A DNA stretch of 45,848 nt from Campylobacterota bacterium (GTDB lineage: Bacteria > Campylobacterota > Campylobacteria > Campylobacterales > Sulfurovaceae). Below the pieces are notes generated by a model that was not told where the DNA came from, did no database searches, and worked only from the letters and a program-made list of their open reading frames with translations. Within the stretch, counting starts at the first letter, position 1; each line of letters begins with the position of its first letter. The stretch spans positions 2,165 through 48,012 of the forward strand of contig JAYEOM010000042.1 in assembly GCA_034722955.1 (NCBI GenBank), given 5' to 3'. This document shows positions 29,159 to 38,805 of the stretch, piece by piece. The translations under genes and the position numbers were made by a program.

Positions 29159-30182
29159 ATGCAGTTTGTTGTAGTAGATCTATCTCATCAAGTGCTTTGC
29201 CAGTCCCTTTTGCTACAGCTAGAAGAGGATCTTCCGCAATATAGACGGGTAGCTTGACAAGATCAGACAAGTATCTGTCTAGCCCTTGGATCAGAGCACC
29301 ACCACCTGTCAATATAATACCATTCTCTACAATATCTCCCGCCAAATCAGGAGGAGTCTCCTCTAGTATACTTTTGAGTGCTTCACCAATCTCATGGATT
29401 GAGTCTCTCATCGCTTCTCTGATATCTTCACTAGTAATCTCTATAGAGACTAAAGATCCCTCTACATGGTCACGACCTTTTACTGTTGCAGTCAACTCCT
29501 CTTTGAGAGGAATAGCAGTACCAATATTGATCTTGAGATCCTCTGCAACTTTATCACCGATAAGCAGGTTGAACTTCCTCTTTACATATTCAACAATAGA
29601 GGCATCAAATTTGTCACCGGCAACACGAATAGATTTGCTCAAGACTAAACCGCCTAGAGAGATAACACCGATCTCTGTGGTACCTCCTCCAATATCAACT
29701 ACTAGGTTTCCATTTGGATCTCTGATGGGAAGACCTGCACCGATCGCTGCTGCCATAGGCTCTTCGATAAGATAGACATATCTTGCTCCTGCATTGAGAG
29801 CAGACTCTTTGACAGCTTTGCGTTCAACCTGTGTCAACCCATAAGGAACACATATGATAATCCTAGGACTGAAAAACTTTTTTCGTTTGTGTGCTTTTTC
29901 GATAAAGTATCGGATCATCATCTCTGTAACATTAAAGTCAGCAATAACACCATCTCTCATAGGTCGTATTGCTTTAATGTTTCCAGGTGTTTTTCCAACC
30001 ATATCTTTTGCCTCTTGTCCTACAGCGAGGATGCGTTCTTGACCATGTTTGTCGATCTGTATAGCGACAACCGAAGGTTCATTGATGCTAATACCTTGAC
30101 CTTTGATCAAGACTAGCGTATTGGCAGTACCTAGATCTATAGCAAGATCATTGGAGAAGGCTCCCATTAATTTTTTAAACAT
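29148..30182 (-). CDS. mreB: Rod shape-determining protein MreB
   Basis: AIDLGTANT, EEPMAAAIGAG, DIGGGTTE, LTGGGAL. Confidence 0.99.
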   Translation of the reverse strand: MFKKLMGAFSNDLAIDLGTANTLVLIKGQGISINEPSVVAIQIDKHGQERILAVGQEAKDMVGKTPGNIKAIRPMRDGVIADFNVTEMMIRYFIEKAHKRKKFFSPRIIICVPYGLTQVERKAVKESALNAGARYVYLIEEPMAAAIGAGLPIRDPNGNLVVDIGGGTTEIGVISLGGLVLSKSIRVAGDKFDASIVEYVKRKFNLLIGDKVAEDLKINIGTAIPLKEELTATVKGRDHVEGSLVSIEITSEDIREAMRDSIHEIGEALKSILEETPPDLAGDIVENGIILTGGGALIQGLDRYLSDLVKLPVYIAEDPLLAVAKGTGKALDEIDLLQQTAYED

Positions 30183-30190
30183 TTTATTCC

Positions 30191-31405
30191 TTATGCACTT
30201 TTTTTATTTTTAATATATATAGGGTTTTTGCCGCTCTCTATCACTTCAGGTGTAATAATCACTTCATAATCTTCCAACTCTGGCAACTCATACATGATAT
30301 CAAGTAGAATCTCTTCCATAATAGAGCGTAAACCCCTTGCACCTGTCTTTCTATCTATAGCTCGTTGTGCTATCATATCTAATGCATTCTCTTCAAAGGA
30401 CAAGGTTGCATTATCTATCTCAAAGAGTTTTTGATACTGTTTGATCAGTGAATTTTTTGGCTCAACCAATATTTTGACCATATCCTCTTTAGTGATTTGA
30501 TTGAGTGTGGCATGGACATGAAGTCTACCTATCAACTCTGGGATCAAACCAAAGGAGACAAGATCCCCTGATTCGACGAGGTGAAGCATATCCTCCTCCT
30601 CTTTTTTGCTGCGTTTCTCCTGCCCAAAACCGAGTGCATTGCTGCCGAGTCGTCTCTTGATGATATCATTGAGTCCATCAAATGCACCACCGCATATAAA
30701 GAGTACATTGGAGGTATCGATCTGAAGAAAATCTTGATTTGGGTGTTTCCGCCCCCCTTTTGGCGGGATATTGACGACAGAACCCTCTATGATCTTGAGT
30801 AGGGCTTGCTGTACACCTTCGCCTGAGACATCACGCGTTATCGAACGGTTTTCACCCATTCTAGCAACCTTGTCTACCTCATCTATAAATACGATACCCT
30901 GTTCAGCCCGTTGTACATCTCCATCTGCTGCTTGGAGTAGTTTGGTCAAGATATTTTCAACATCCTCTCCTACATAACCAGCTTCTGTCAAGTTGGTCGC
31001 ATCAGCTATAGCAATAGGGACATTTAAAAATCGTGCGATAGTTTGAGCAAGCAGTGTCTTTCCGCTTCCTGTAGGTCCCAATAGCAGTATATTGGATTTG
31101 GCAATTTGTGTATCATCCTCTTTGATATCTTTAAAGATACGCTTATAGTGATTGTACACAGCTACACTAAGTGTTTTTTTTGCACTCTCTTGACCTATGA
31201 CATACTCATCAAGTTTGCCCTTGATCTCTTTGGGTGACAATAGATCTTCGTTGAACTCAAAATTTATAGATGCTTCCTCTTCTCCAAAAAGAATTTTATT
31301 GGCAGAGATTACACAGTTTGAGCAGATATAGGCATCGTTACCTGCGATCAATGGATTTTTTTCACTATCTGGTGAATTGCAGAAACTGCATAGTTTTTTA
31401 GACAT
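30191..31405 (-). CDS. clpX: ATP-dependent Clp protease ATP-binding subunit
   Basis: CSFC...ICSNC zinc finger, [28 protein letters not shown]. Confidence 0.98.
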   Translation of the reverse strand: MSKKLCSFCNSPDSEKNPLIAGNDAYICSNCVISANKILFGEEEASINFEFNEDLLSPKEIKGKLDEYVIGQESAKKTLSVAVYNHYKRIFKDIKEDDTQIAKSNILLLGPTGSGKTLLAQTIARFLNVPIAIADATNLTEAGYVGEDVENILTKLLQAADGDVQRAEQGIVFIDEVDKVARMGENRSITRDVSGEGVQQALLKIIEGSVVNIPPKGGRKHPNQDFLQIDTSNVLFICGGAFDGLNDIIKRRLGSNALGFGQEKRSKKEEEDMLHLVESGDLVSFGLIPELIGRLHVHATLNQITKEDMVKILVEPKNSLIKQYQKLFEIDNATLSFEENALDMIAQRAIDRKTGARGLRSIMEEILLDIMYELPELEDYEVIITPEVIESGKNPIYIKNKKSA

Positions 31406-32189
31406 CTATTTTCCTTGTAAACGGTATACCTCGTTTAGAATTTTTGACAAATTTACTTAACTGTTGAACATATTTTGAACTCTCTTCACTGTCAAGTTCG
31501 TTAGCTTTCTCCTGTAGAGGTTGACTCTTTTCAAATAGCTCTCTATAAGCACTCTTGAGTGCGTTGATATCATCCCGTTCTATATATCTCCTCAATCCTG
31601 TCAAGTTTAGACCACGGAGTGTCGCACGGTTCCCCTCTGCCATACAGTAAGGGGGAATATCTTGAGCTAGTGCACTGGCACCTGCCAGCATAGCATAGTC
31701 ACCTATCTTGACAAACTGATGAATAGCACTGAGTCCACCGATAATAACACGATCGCCCAACTCTACATGTCCAGCCAATATCGCACTGTTGGCGAGGATA
31801 CAGTGATTGGATATCTGGACATCGTGTCCTATGTGTATATGCCCCATTAAAAGATTGTTGTCTCCGATACTGGTAATGGAGCCACCACCCTCTGTACCGG
31901 GATTGATCTGGGCAAACTCTCTGATCGTATTGTTATCCCCAATGATCAGCTTAACTGCTTCTCCATTAAATTTCAAATCTTGAGGGATTGTTCCTATGGC
32001 ACAGTGGGAAAATATATGATTATTTTTGCCGATCTGCGTATCTCCTTCGATGATAACATGAGACTCTATCGTTGTATTATTACCAATTTTGACATTTTTC
32101 ATAATATAGCAGAATGGTCCAATTGTGACATCTTCACCGATGATTGCCCCATCTTCAACTATTGTAGTTGGATGAATACTATTACTCAA
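31398..32189 (-). CDS. lpxA: UDP-N-acetylglucosamine acyltransferase
   Basis: Hexapeptide repeats, PQDLKF, HIGHD, AIHQF. Confidence 0.97.
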   Translation of the reverse strand: MSNSIHPTTIVEDGAIIGEDVTIGPFCYIMKNVKIGNNTTIESHVIIEGDTQIGKNNHIFSHCAIGTIPQDLKFNGEAVKLIIGDNNTIREFAQINPGTEGGGSITSIGDNNLLMGHIHIGHDVQISNHCILANSAILAGHVELGDRVIIGGLSAIHQFVKIGDYAMLAGASALAQDIPPYCMAEGNRATLRGLNLTGLRRYIERDDINALKSAYRELFEKSQPLQEKANELDSEESSKYVQQLSKFVKNSKRGIPFTRKIDV

Positions 32190-32198
32190 TTAACTACC

Positions 32199-32648
32199 TC
32201 ACTTATCAACTATCATAGCTTTGAGTTCTGCTTGTGCAACGACTTTGTCATCTACATATGCTTTAGCATCTAGTTGCCAAACGGGTCCCTTGTTTTTGAG
32301 AACTGTAAGTTTGTAGATCAACTTATCACCAGGAGTTACGGGTGCTCTGAATTTAGCTTTATCTATACTCATGAAATAGACTACTTTTTTGTCAGCTTGA
32401 GATCTATCCTCTTCTGAAAGACTCTGAAATGCCAATACACCACCTGCTTGAGCCATCCCTTCGATGATCATCACTCCCGGATATATAGGGTGGTCAGGAA
32501 AGTGCCCTTGGAATACGGGTTCTGAGATAGAGACATTTTTATACCCCTCGATGGATACACCAGGCTGAAGATCAGTGACTCTATCAATCAGAAGAAAAGG
32601 GTATCGGTGCGGAAGTATTTTTTGGATTTCAACAACATTAAATAACAA
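32199..32648 (-). CDS. fabZ: 3-hydroxyacyl-ACP dehydratase
   Basis: [32 protein letters not shown]. Confidence 0.98.
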   Translation of the reverse strand: MLFNVVEIQKILPHRYPFLLIDRVTDLQPGVSIEGYKNVSISEPVFQGHFPDHPIYPGVMIIEGMAQAGGVLAFQSLSEEDRSQADKKVVYFMSIDKAKFRAPVTPGDKLIYKLTVLKNKGPVWQLDAKAYVDDKVVAQAELKAMIVDK

Positions 32649-32735
32649 AAGTAGCCTTTATAGTTAGGAAGTTTTTTTTGAGGCATATTTTATCTAAATA
32701 AATATAAAGATTAGCTCAATAGTGACGATAGTATT

Positions 32736-33824
32736 TTATAGTTTGATCAAAACTTCTCTTACATCGCTATAGGTCCTGCTCTCACAAAGGATCTCTATCT
32801 TTTTGTCAGGTATCTTATCGACTACCAAGATCGCAGATAGAGAGAAGGGATCACTCTCCAGACTATCTCTCAACTTCATCTCCTTCTCAAAGGGTGGAGG
32901 ATTGAATATTAGCTCTATTACGCTTTTGTAGTCTCTATTTGCCAATTTATTATATCTGCTGAGTGTTATGAAGCGTACTTCATCACGGTTCATATAGTAT
33001 ATTTCATCTATATGGTAATCTATCTTTCCTCTGGAGTATTGGCTTTTGAGTGTAGAGTAGGGGAGAAAATGTGCAGGAGTTATCTCTCCTCTTATTTGGA
33101 GTAGACCTCTCAATAGTCTCCAGTTGAGAAAACGCTGTTTGATGATCTTGTAATCTACCCCTCTCTCTTCATACTCCAATCTTTTCTCATATAAGCCAAT
33201 GCGTTCTTCGATTGATTCTGGCTGTATCTGCCCTGATATTGGCAGAGAGAGCTCATCAGCCAATCTGTTTTGCTGATCTCGCTGCATAGTCAATCCAAAA
33301 AGACAACCACAGTAGTCTTGACGATATAGAGCATCCTCTTTTGCCACTATATTTTGCTGCTCTGTACCTGAGGCTTTTCTATAGTCCGGAGCTAAAAATT
33401 CCAATCCATACTGTCGTGCAAAATGATCACCAGCTTGCTGAAGTTGTTTGAGTGATTTTTTTGGGCTTGTTAAGAGTGTAGAGGTATAACTACTCTCTCC
33501 TAGCTCTTGTGCTCTCTTGGCAGAGACTTCAAATCGTCTCTCAAAGCAGATAGAGCATCTAGCCCCTTTTTCTGGTTCACTCTCTAATCCTCTAACTGCT
33601 TCAAGCCACCCCTCTGCATCATACTCCCCCTCGATGAGATCTACTCCCAGCATTTTGCATGATCGCTGGACATCCAAAAGTCTAAGTCTATATTCACTAT
33701 AGGGATGGATATTTGGATCATAAAAAAATCCTACAAATCTCTCATCAGGATACTCCTCCTGAAGCTTATGCAAAAAATAGTGACTGTCAACCGAGCAGCA
33801 GATATGAACTAGCATAAGAGTCAC
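32736..33824 (-). CDS. queH: Epoxyqueuosine reductase QueH (long Campylobacterota form)
   Basis: LVHICCS, PNIHPYSEY, EPEKGARCSIC, YRQDYCGC. Confidence 0.9.
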   Translation of the reverse strand: MTLMLVHICCSVDSHYFLHKLQEEYPDERFVGFFYDPNIHPYSEYRLRLLDVQRSCKMLGVDLIEGEYDAEGWLEAVRGLESEPEKGARCSICFERRFEVSAKRAQELGESSYTSTLLTSPKKSLKQLQQAGDHFARQYGLEFLAPDYRKASGTEQQNIVAKEDALYRQDYCGCLFGLTMQRDQQNRLADELSLPISGQIQPESIEERIGLYEKRLEYEERGVDYKIIKQRFLNWRLLRGLLQIRGEITPAHFLPYSTLKSQYSRGKIDYHIDEIYYMNRDEVRFITLSRYNKLANRDYKSVIELIFNPPPFEKEMKLRDSLESDPFSLSAILVVDKIPDKKIEILCESRTYSDVREVLIKL

Positions 33825-34867
33825 TCCATAATGATTTTAGCAACATTTTGACTACTGCCATGACTTAGATATGCTCTGAGTTCATCAGCCTTCCGGACAA
33901 ATAGTTTTTGATCAAAATTATAATACTCCCAGAGGAGATTGTCGAGTGTGACATCATCTTGGATAAGTTCATTGTGGAGTGTAGTACCATCATAATGGTT
34001 CAATATAATATTGGCAAGTCCTATCTGCTTGAGACCGAGAAGTTTTGTTCCGATAAAATAGTCCACTCTTTTAGCGATATAGTTCAAAACAAATGGAGTG
34101 CCTATGAGTGCAGCTTCGAGAGTAGCGGTTCCACTGCATATAAAAGCAAAATCAGATCTATAGAGGGCAGCTTGTGTATCTCTAACTATCTCAAACCCAT
34201 CCGTATCTCCATATAGTTCATCTATCATCTCTTGGTCAAAAGTGGAGGGTACAACAAGCAGGGCTTGCTCTGTATGAAGTCTCTTTTTGAGTTGACGATA
34301 GAGTGGCATCAGTTTGCTGATCTCTCCGCGACGGCTTCCGGGCAGATATGAGATCGTCTTCTCTCTATTTGATCTCTCTATTTGATCTCTCATTGTCAAC
34401 TTTATCTCATCAAGCAGGGGGTGCCCAACATACTCTGCTTTGTATTGATAGTAGTCGATCTCAAAAGGGAGGATACCAAGTAGTCTGTCGCAATAGGCTT
34501 CCAATCTCTTCACGCGTTTTGGACGAGTAATCCATACTTGAGGAAGTATATAGTATATGATCTCTTTATTTGGATAGGCTTTTTTGAGTTTTTTTGCGAG
34601 AGGAAGGTTGAAGCCAGAGCTATCCATCAGGAGAATTTTGTCTGCCTGTTTGGCGAGTGTGACCATCTCATCAGCCACCTTGAAAAACCAACGCAGCCTT
34701 TTGAGTGCATCGACCACTCCCATGATGGCCATCTGTGAAATATCATAGAGTGGATCTCCAAGGGAGCTGTCGAAGATACCCATCAACTCTATATCTTGAA
34801 TCTCTTTGAGTGCCTCTTTTAGATGCAGGTTGGAGGATGGTTCCAGTGCTGATACGAGAAGTTTCAT
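33821..34867 (-). CDS. lpxB: Lipid-A-disaccharide synthase
   Basis: SALEPSS, DSSGFN, PQVW, ILPFE, YVGHPL, LPGSR, SGTATLE. Confidence 0.96.
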   Translation of the reverse strand: MKLLVSALEPSSNLHLKEALKEIQDIELMGIFDSSLGDPLYDISQMAIMGVVDALKRLRWFFKVADEMVTLAKQADKILLMDSSGFNLPLAKKLKKAYPNKEIIYYILPQVWITRPKRVKRLEAYCDRLLGILPFEIDYYQYKAEYVGHPLLDEIKLTMRDQIERSNREKTISYLPGSRRGEISKLMPLYRQLKKRLHTEQALLVVPSTFDQEMIDELYGDTDGFEIVRDTQAALYRSDFAFICSGTATLEAALIGTPFVLNYIAKRVDYFIGTKLLGLKQIGLANIILNHYDGTTLHNELIQDDVTLDNLLWEYYNFDQKLFVRKADELRAYLSHGSSQNVAKIIME

Positions 34868-34894
34868 ATTTTTTTACTCATATATATGGATGTA

Positions 34895-35221
34895 CTATTT
34901 TATCTTGCAAGAGGAGCCAATTTCGCGAATGATAATCAAGTTGTGTTGATCACAATTGGTTTTGAGTAGGGATGGATACTCTTTGCCTGCTTTGACTCCA
35001 AAGGGTGCTACGATCTCAAACAGCTCTCCATACTTTTTTTTGTTGCCGGAAGCATCATCTACAGCAAAGGTAAAATATGCAGTTTTATCTTCTATTTTTT
35101 GAAATGTGGCATATCCAAATATCTCTCTATCGTTACACTCTACCCTATTTTGTGTTATTGCACATCCCAAAATAAGAGTGAGTGTTGGCAGAGAGAGGAG
35201 CATAGGGAGTGGGATTTTCAA
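34895..35221 (-). CDS. Hypothetical lipoprotein
   Basis: Lipobox-like LILGC; TTG start 2 nt after the helicase stop. Confidence 0.6.
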   Translation of the reverse strand: MKIPLPMLLSLPTLTLILGCAITQNRVECNDREIFGYATFQKIEDKTAYFTFAVDDASGNKKKYGELFEIVAPFGVKAGKEYPSLLKTNCDQHNLIIIREIGSSCKIK

Positions 35222-35223
35222 AA

Positions 35224-36693
35224 TTAGTCTCTTCTTGGCTTGCTATTTCTCTGTCCGCGATGTCCTCCACCGCCACCACTGCGGCTATTTCGTCTATTTC
35301 TATCGTTGCTTCCACCTGATCTGCGTCGTCTGCTTCCACTTCTATTTCTACTGTTTCCTCTATTTTGCATAGCTCTTTCTATGAGAAGTTCTATCTCCTC
35401 AAGCCCCAATCCTATGTTGTCTTTCCCTTTTATATTATGACTCTCTTGGAGTCTCGATGCCAAGAGATGGGCTATAGTCACGATATCAAGATCATGTTGC
35501 AGTGTTTTGACTAGGTTGATAGCATCTTCAGTGATCTGAGTATTTGCTATAGCTGCGATAAGTTCATTGGATTTACTATTTTGTACCTCTTGTCTAGTCG
35601 GTATCACCTGTGTAACCAGTTTGGCACCTACATCTTTTTCGATGCGTTTTATCGTTCTGAGTTCGTTGGGACTCACTAGGGTGATCGCTTCACCTGTTTT
35701 GCCAGCCCTACCTGTACGACCGATACGGTGTACATAGCTCTCAGAGTCAAAAGGAATATGGTAGTTAAAGACATGGGTTACATCATTTACATCTAGTCCG
35801 CGAGCTGCCACATCAGTAGCAACAAAGATATCTATACCACCCTGTTTGAACCCACGGATAGTCACCTCTCTCTGTTTCTGCTCCATATCACCATGGAGGC
35901 CACTGACTTTGAATCCTTGTGATGTTAAGTGTGAAACCAATCGATCAACCTCTTTCTTCATGCGGCAAAAGATGATACATTTGGTAGGAGTTTTATAGTC
36001 GATCAATCGAACCAATGCATCATCTCTCTCCCTATCTTGCACGACATAGTAGTGTTGTGAAATATTGGTATTGGTACTCTCTGCTTTGGTTATGGAGATA
36101 GTTTTTGGTCTGTTGAGGATCTCCTCGGCTAGACGGCGGATAGCTTTTGGCATTGTTGCTGAAAACATAAGTGTTTGTCGATCTTTGGGTATAAATGTAA
36201 AGATATTTTTGATCTCATCGAGAAATCCCATGTCAAGCATCTCATCAGCCTCATCGAGGACGACGACACTAGGACTCATTTTGATTCTGCCACTCTCTAG
36301 TAGATCTTGCAGTCGTCCTGGTGTAGCTACTACTATAGAGGCTTGCTTGATCCGCTCTATCTGCTTACCATAAGCTGTACCACCATATACAGTAGCCGTC
36401 TTAAGTCCAGAGAGTTTTCCGAAACGATAGAGCTCATCACTCACTTGCATCGCTAGCTCACGAGTAGGCACGATGACCAACCCTTCGATACTTCCATCTG
36501 CCTTCATTTGGTTCATCATAGGTAGTCCAAAGGCAGCGGTTTTACCTGTACCAGTTTGTGCTTGAGCTATGATATCTTGTCCTTCAAGGATGAGAGGTAT
36601 AGCCTCTTTTTGTACAGGACTAGGCTCTTTAAATCCAGCTTCATCGATCGATTGTTGTATGGTTGATTTTAAGTCAAAATCGGTAAATTTCAT
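35224..36693 (-). CDS. DEAD-box RNA helicase
   Basis: Q motif, AQTGTGKT, PTRELA, DEAD, SAT, HRIGRTGRAG; R/G/S/N-rich tail. Confidence 0.96.
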   Translation of the reverse strand: MKFTDFDLKSTIQQSIDEAGFKEPSPVQKEAIPLILEGQDIIAQAQTGTGKTAAFGLPMMNQMKADGSIEGLVIVPTRELAMQVSDELYRFGKLSGLKTATVYGGTAYGKQIERIKQASIVVATPGRLQDLLESGRIKMSPSVVVLDEADEMLDMGFLDEIKNIFTFIPKDRQTLMFSATMPKAIRRLAEEILNRPKTISITKAESTNTNISQHYYVVQDRERDDALVRLIDYKTPTKCIIFCRMKKEVDRLVSHLTSQGFKVSGLHGDMEQKQREVTIRGFKQGGIDIFVATDVAARGLDVNDVTHVFNYHIPFDSESYVHRIGRTGRAGKTGEAITLVSPNELRTIKRIEKDVGAKLVTQVIPTRQEVQNSKSNELIAAIANTQITEDAINLVKTLQHDLDIVTIAHLLASRLQESHNIKGKDNIGLGLEEIELLIERAMQNRGNSRNRSGSRRRRSGGSNDRNRRNSRSGGGGGHRGQRNSKPRRD

Positions 36694-36877
36694 TTTGTTT
36701 CTTTCTCTGTATGATATGTTTTCATCGAAATAGAATAAATCCTAGAAACAATTTAGTGTTATCATCTATATAGGATAGATTTGAGTTATCTGAAGAATTC
36801 TTAGTATTTGTAGAAAATTTAACGAATTATAGCGAGTTAATAAAAAAAAAGATAGGGGAAGAGGGTAATTGAAAGAT

Positions 36878-36901
36878 GTAAACAGACAAAAGTCTGCCTA
36901 C
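36878..36901 (-). terminator. Hairpin terminator of the cold-shock gene
   Basis: Minus strand GTAGGCAGAC-tttt-GTCTGTTTAC (G-U pairs), followed by ATCTTT. Confidence 0.65.
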
Positions 36902-36910
36902 TTGTAGTAC

Positions 36911-37129
36911 CTATTGTGGTGTTACATTCTCAGCTTGAGGACCTTTTTGGCCTTCACCGATCTCGAAAGTCACACTCTGACCTTCTGCCAAAGATATACG
37001 GCCAGGTCCTGTACTATTAACTTGTCTAAAGTGAACAAATACATCACTACCACCATTTTCTTGTTGGATAAATCCATAACCTTTTTCGTCGTTGAACCAT
37101 TTTACAGTTCCATTAAGCAATTCTGCCAT
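36911..37129 (-). CDS. cspA: Cold-shock protein
   Basis: GTVKWFN.EKGYGFI (RNP1), DVFVHF (RNP2), KGPQAENV. Confidence 0.95.
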   Translation of the reverse strand: MAELLNGTVKWFNDEKGYGFIQQENGGSDVFVHFRQVNSTGPGRISLAEGQSVTFEIGEGQKGPQAENVTPQ

Positions 37130-37312
37130 AGTCGTACCTTTATATAGGAAAATACACTTCCTTTAGGAAGAGGAATCAAAATCGGAGAGTCTTTGGTCTA
37201 GCAGAACACTTACTGTCACACTAAAGATGAACTCACATCTCATCTTTCATCACGAGTATTATATCTACTTTTTATTATGTGTACCTGTAGTTTTTGAAAT
37301 ATTTGATAAATT

Positions 37313-38791
37313 TTACGATTCTATCTCTCTTAGCACATGATCTGGCAGTTTTTTGCTTGCTGCAGCACCTAGTTTTTCAAGTTTTTGAAATTGACTGCTT
37401 AGGCTACCTGTACCAGTATGAAGCTTACTATAGGTCTCATCATAAGTTTTTTGCAGAGTACCAACCTGTCTGCCCAATCTATCTACACTCTCTACAAAAC
37501 CTATAAATTTATCAAAGAGCAATCCTGCCCGTTTGGCTATCTCCATTGCATTTCTCTGCTGATACTCATATCTCCAAGTATTCTCTACTGCTCTGAGTGC
37601 AACCATCAGTGTTGTCGGCCCCACTAAAATAACATTTTTTTTGAATGCGTAGTCAAAAAGAGTGCTGTCATACTCCATAGCCATCAGCAGTGCACTCTCG
37701 ATAGGAATAAACATAAAGATAAAATCCAGAGTATCTATACCCTCTAGTCTTGTATACTCTTTATCACTCAGATCTCTAATATGTTTTTTGATAGATCCGA
37801 TGTGTTGATCGGCAAAAGCCTGTTTCTCTTCCATCTCTTGTGTAGATATATACTGTTCATATGCACGGAGTGAAGTTTTGGCATCTATGATGATCTCTCT
37901 GTTGTCTGGCAGATAGACTATGACATCAGGTCGATATCGACTGCCATCACTCTCATGTAGCAAGCTCACCTCTCGTCTATATGACTCTCCCTCTCTCAAT
38001 CCTGAGTTTTCCAGTACTCGCTCAAGGATCATCTCACCCCATATACCCTGTGTTTTACTCTCTCCTTTGAGAGCAGATGTGAGATTGTTTGCCTCTCTGC
38101 TCATCTGTAGGTTGATCTCTTTGATATGGTTGATCTCTACTTGAAGCATAGATCGCTCTTTGGTCTCTTTGATATAGACATCATTGATCTGCTTTTTAAA
38201 TGCTTCGAACTGCTCTTGAATAGGGTCGATCATCTTGGTTATATTCTCTCTATTCTGATGAGAAAAGTGTTGAGAGTTTGTTTGCAGTATCTTATCAGCA
38301 AGGAGTTGAAACTCCATCTTCATCTGCTCTTTGTTCTTTTGAAGTAGTTCAAGCTTACCCTCTGCTATGCCTCGTTCACTCTCTAGCATAGTCTCAAGCT
38401 CTTTTATGCGACTCTCTGCATAGGAGAGTTTTTTATGAAATAGATCAATCTTCTGCTGATACTGCTCCAATCTTTTCAAAAGTACACTCATAGATCTACG
38501 CTCACCATCAATACGCTCTCTATAGGCGGCTATTTTTTGGGCAAGTGCATTGGTTTTTTGTTGCTCTTGTTGATAAATCTTTTTATATTGTGTCAATAGT
38601 ATCTGATTGGCATTTTCAGTTTCAGAAGCGTCATAGAGTCGAGCATCCAGATCTGATATCTTGGACTCTAGCTTCTCTCTCAAGTTTTTATTTTCACTCT
38701 CATATCTATTTTTGAGTATGAGAAACACTATGAGCCATGTGATGAGCACAGAGACTAAGGCAGTGGCTATCAGAGGTAATAGTTCATACAT
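37313..38791 (-). CDS. rmuC: DNA recombination protein RmuC
   Basis: N-terminal TM, coiled coil, QGIWGEMILERVLE, RPDVIVYLP, IIIDAK, FMFIPIE, GPTTL. Confidence 0.93.
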   Translation of the reverse strand: MYELLPLIATALVSVLITWLIVFLILKNRYESENKNLREKLESKISDLDARLYDASETENANQILLTQYKKIYQQEQQKTNALAQKIAAYRERIDGERRSMSVLLKRLEQYQQKIDLFHKKLSYAESRIKELETMLESERGIAEGKLELLQKNKEQMKMEFQLLADKILQTNSQHFSHQNRENITKMIDPIQEQFEAFKKQINDVYIKETKERSMLQVEINHIKEINLQMSREANNLTSALKGESKTQGIWGEMILERVLENSGLREGESYRREVSLLHESDGSRYRPDVIVYLPDNREIIIDAKTSLRAYEQYISTQEMEEKQAFADQHIGSIKKHIRDLSDKEYTRLEGIDTLDFIFMFIPIESALLMAMEYDSTLFDYAFKKNVILVGPTTLMVALRAVENTWRYEYQQRNAMEIAKRAGLLFDKFIGFVESVDRLGRQVGTLQKTYDETYSKLHTGTGSLSSQFQKLEKLGAAASKKLPDHVLREIES

Positions 38792-38805
38792 TTTTTATCC
38801 CTTTG

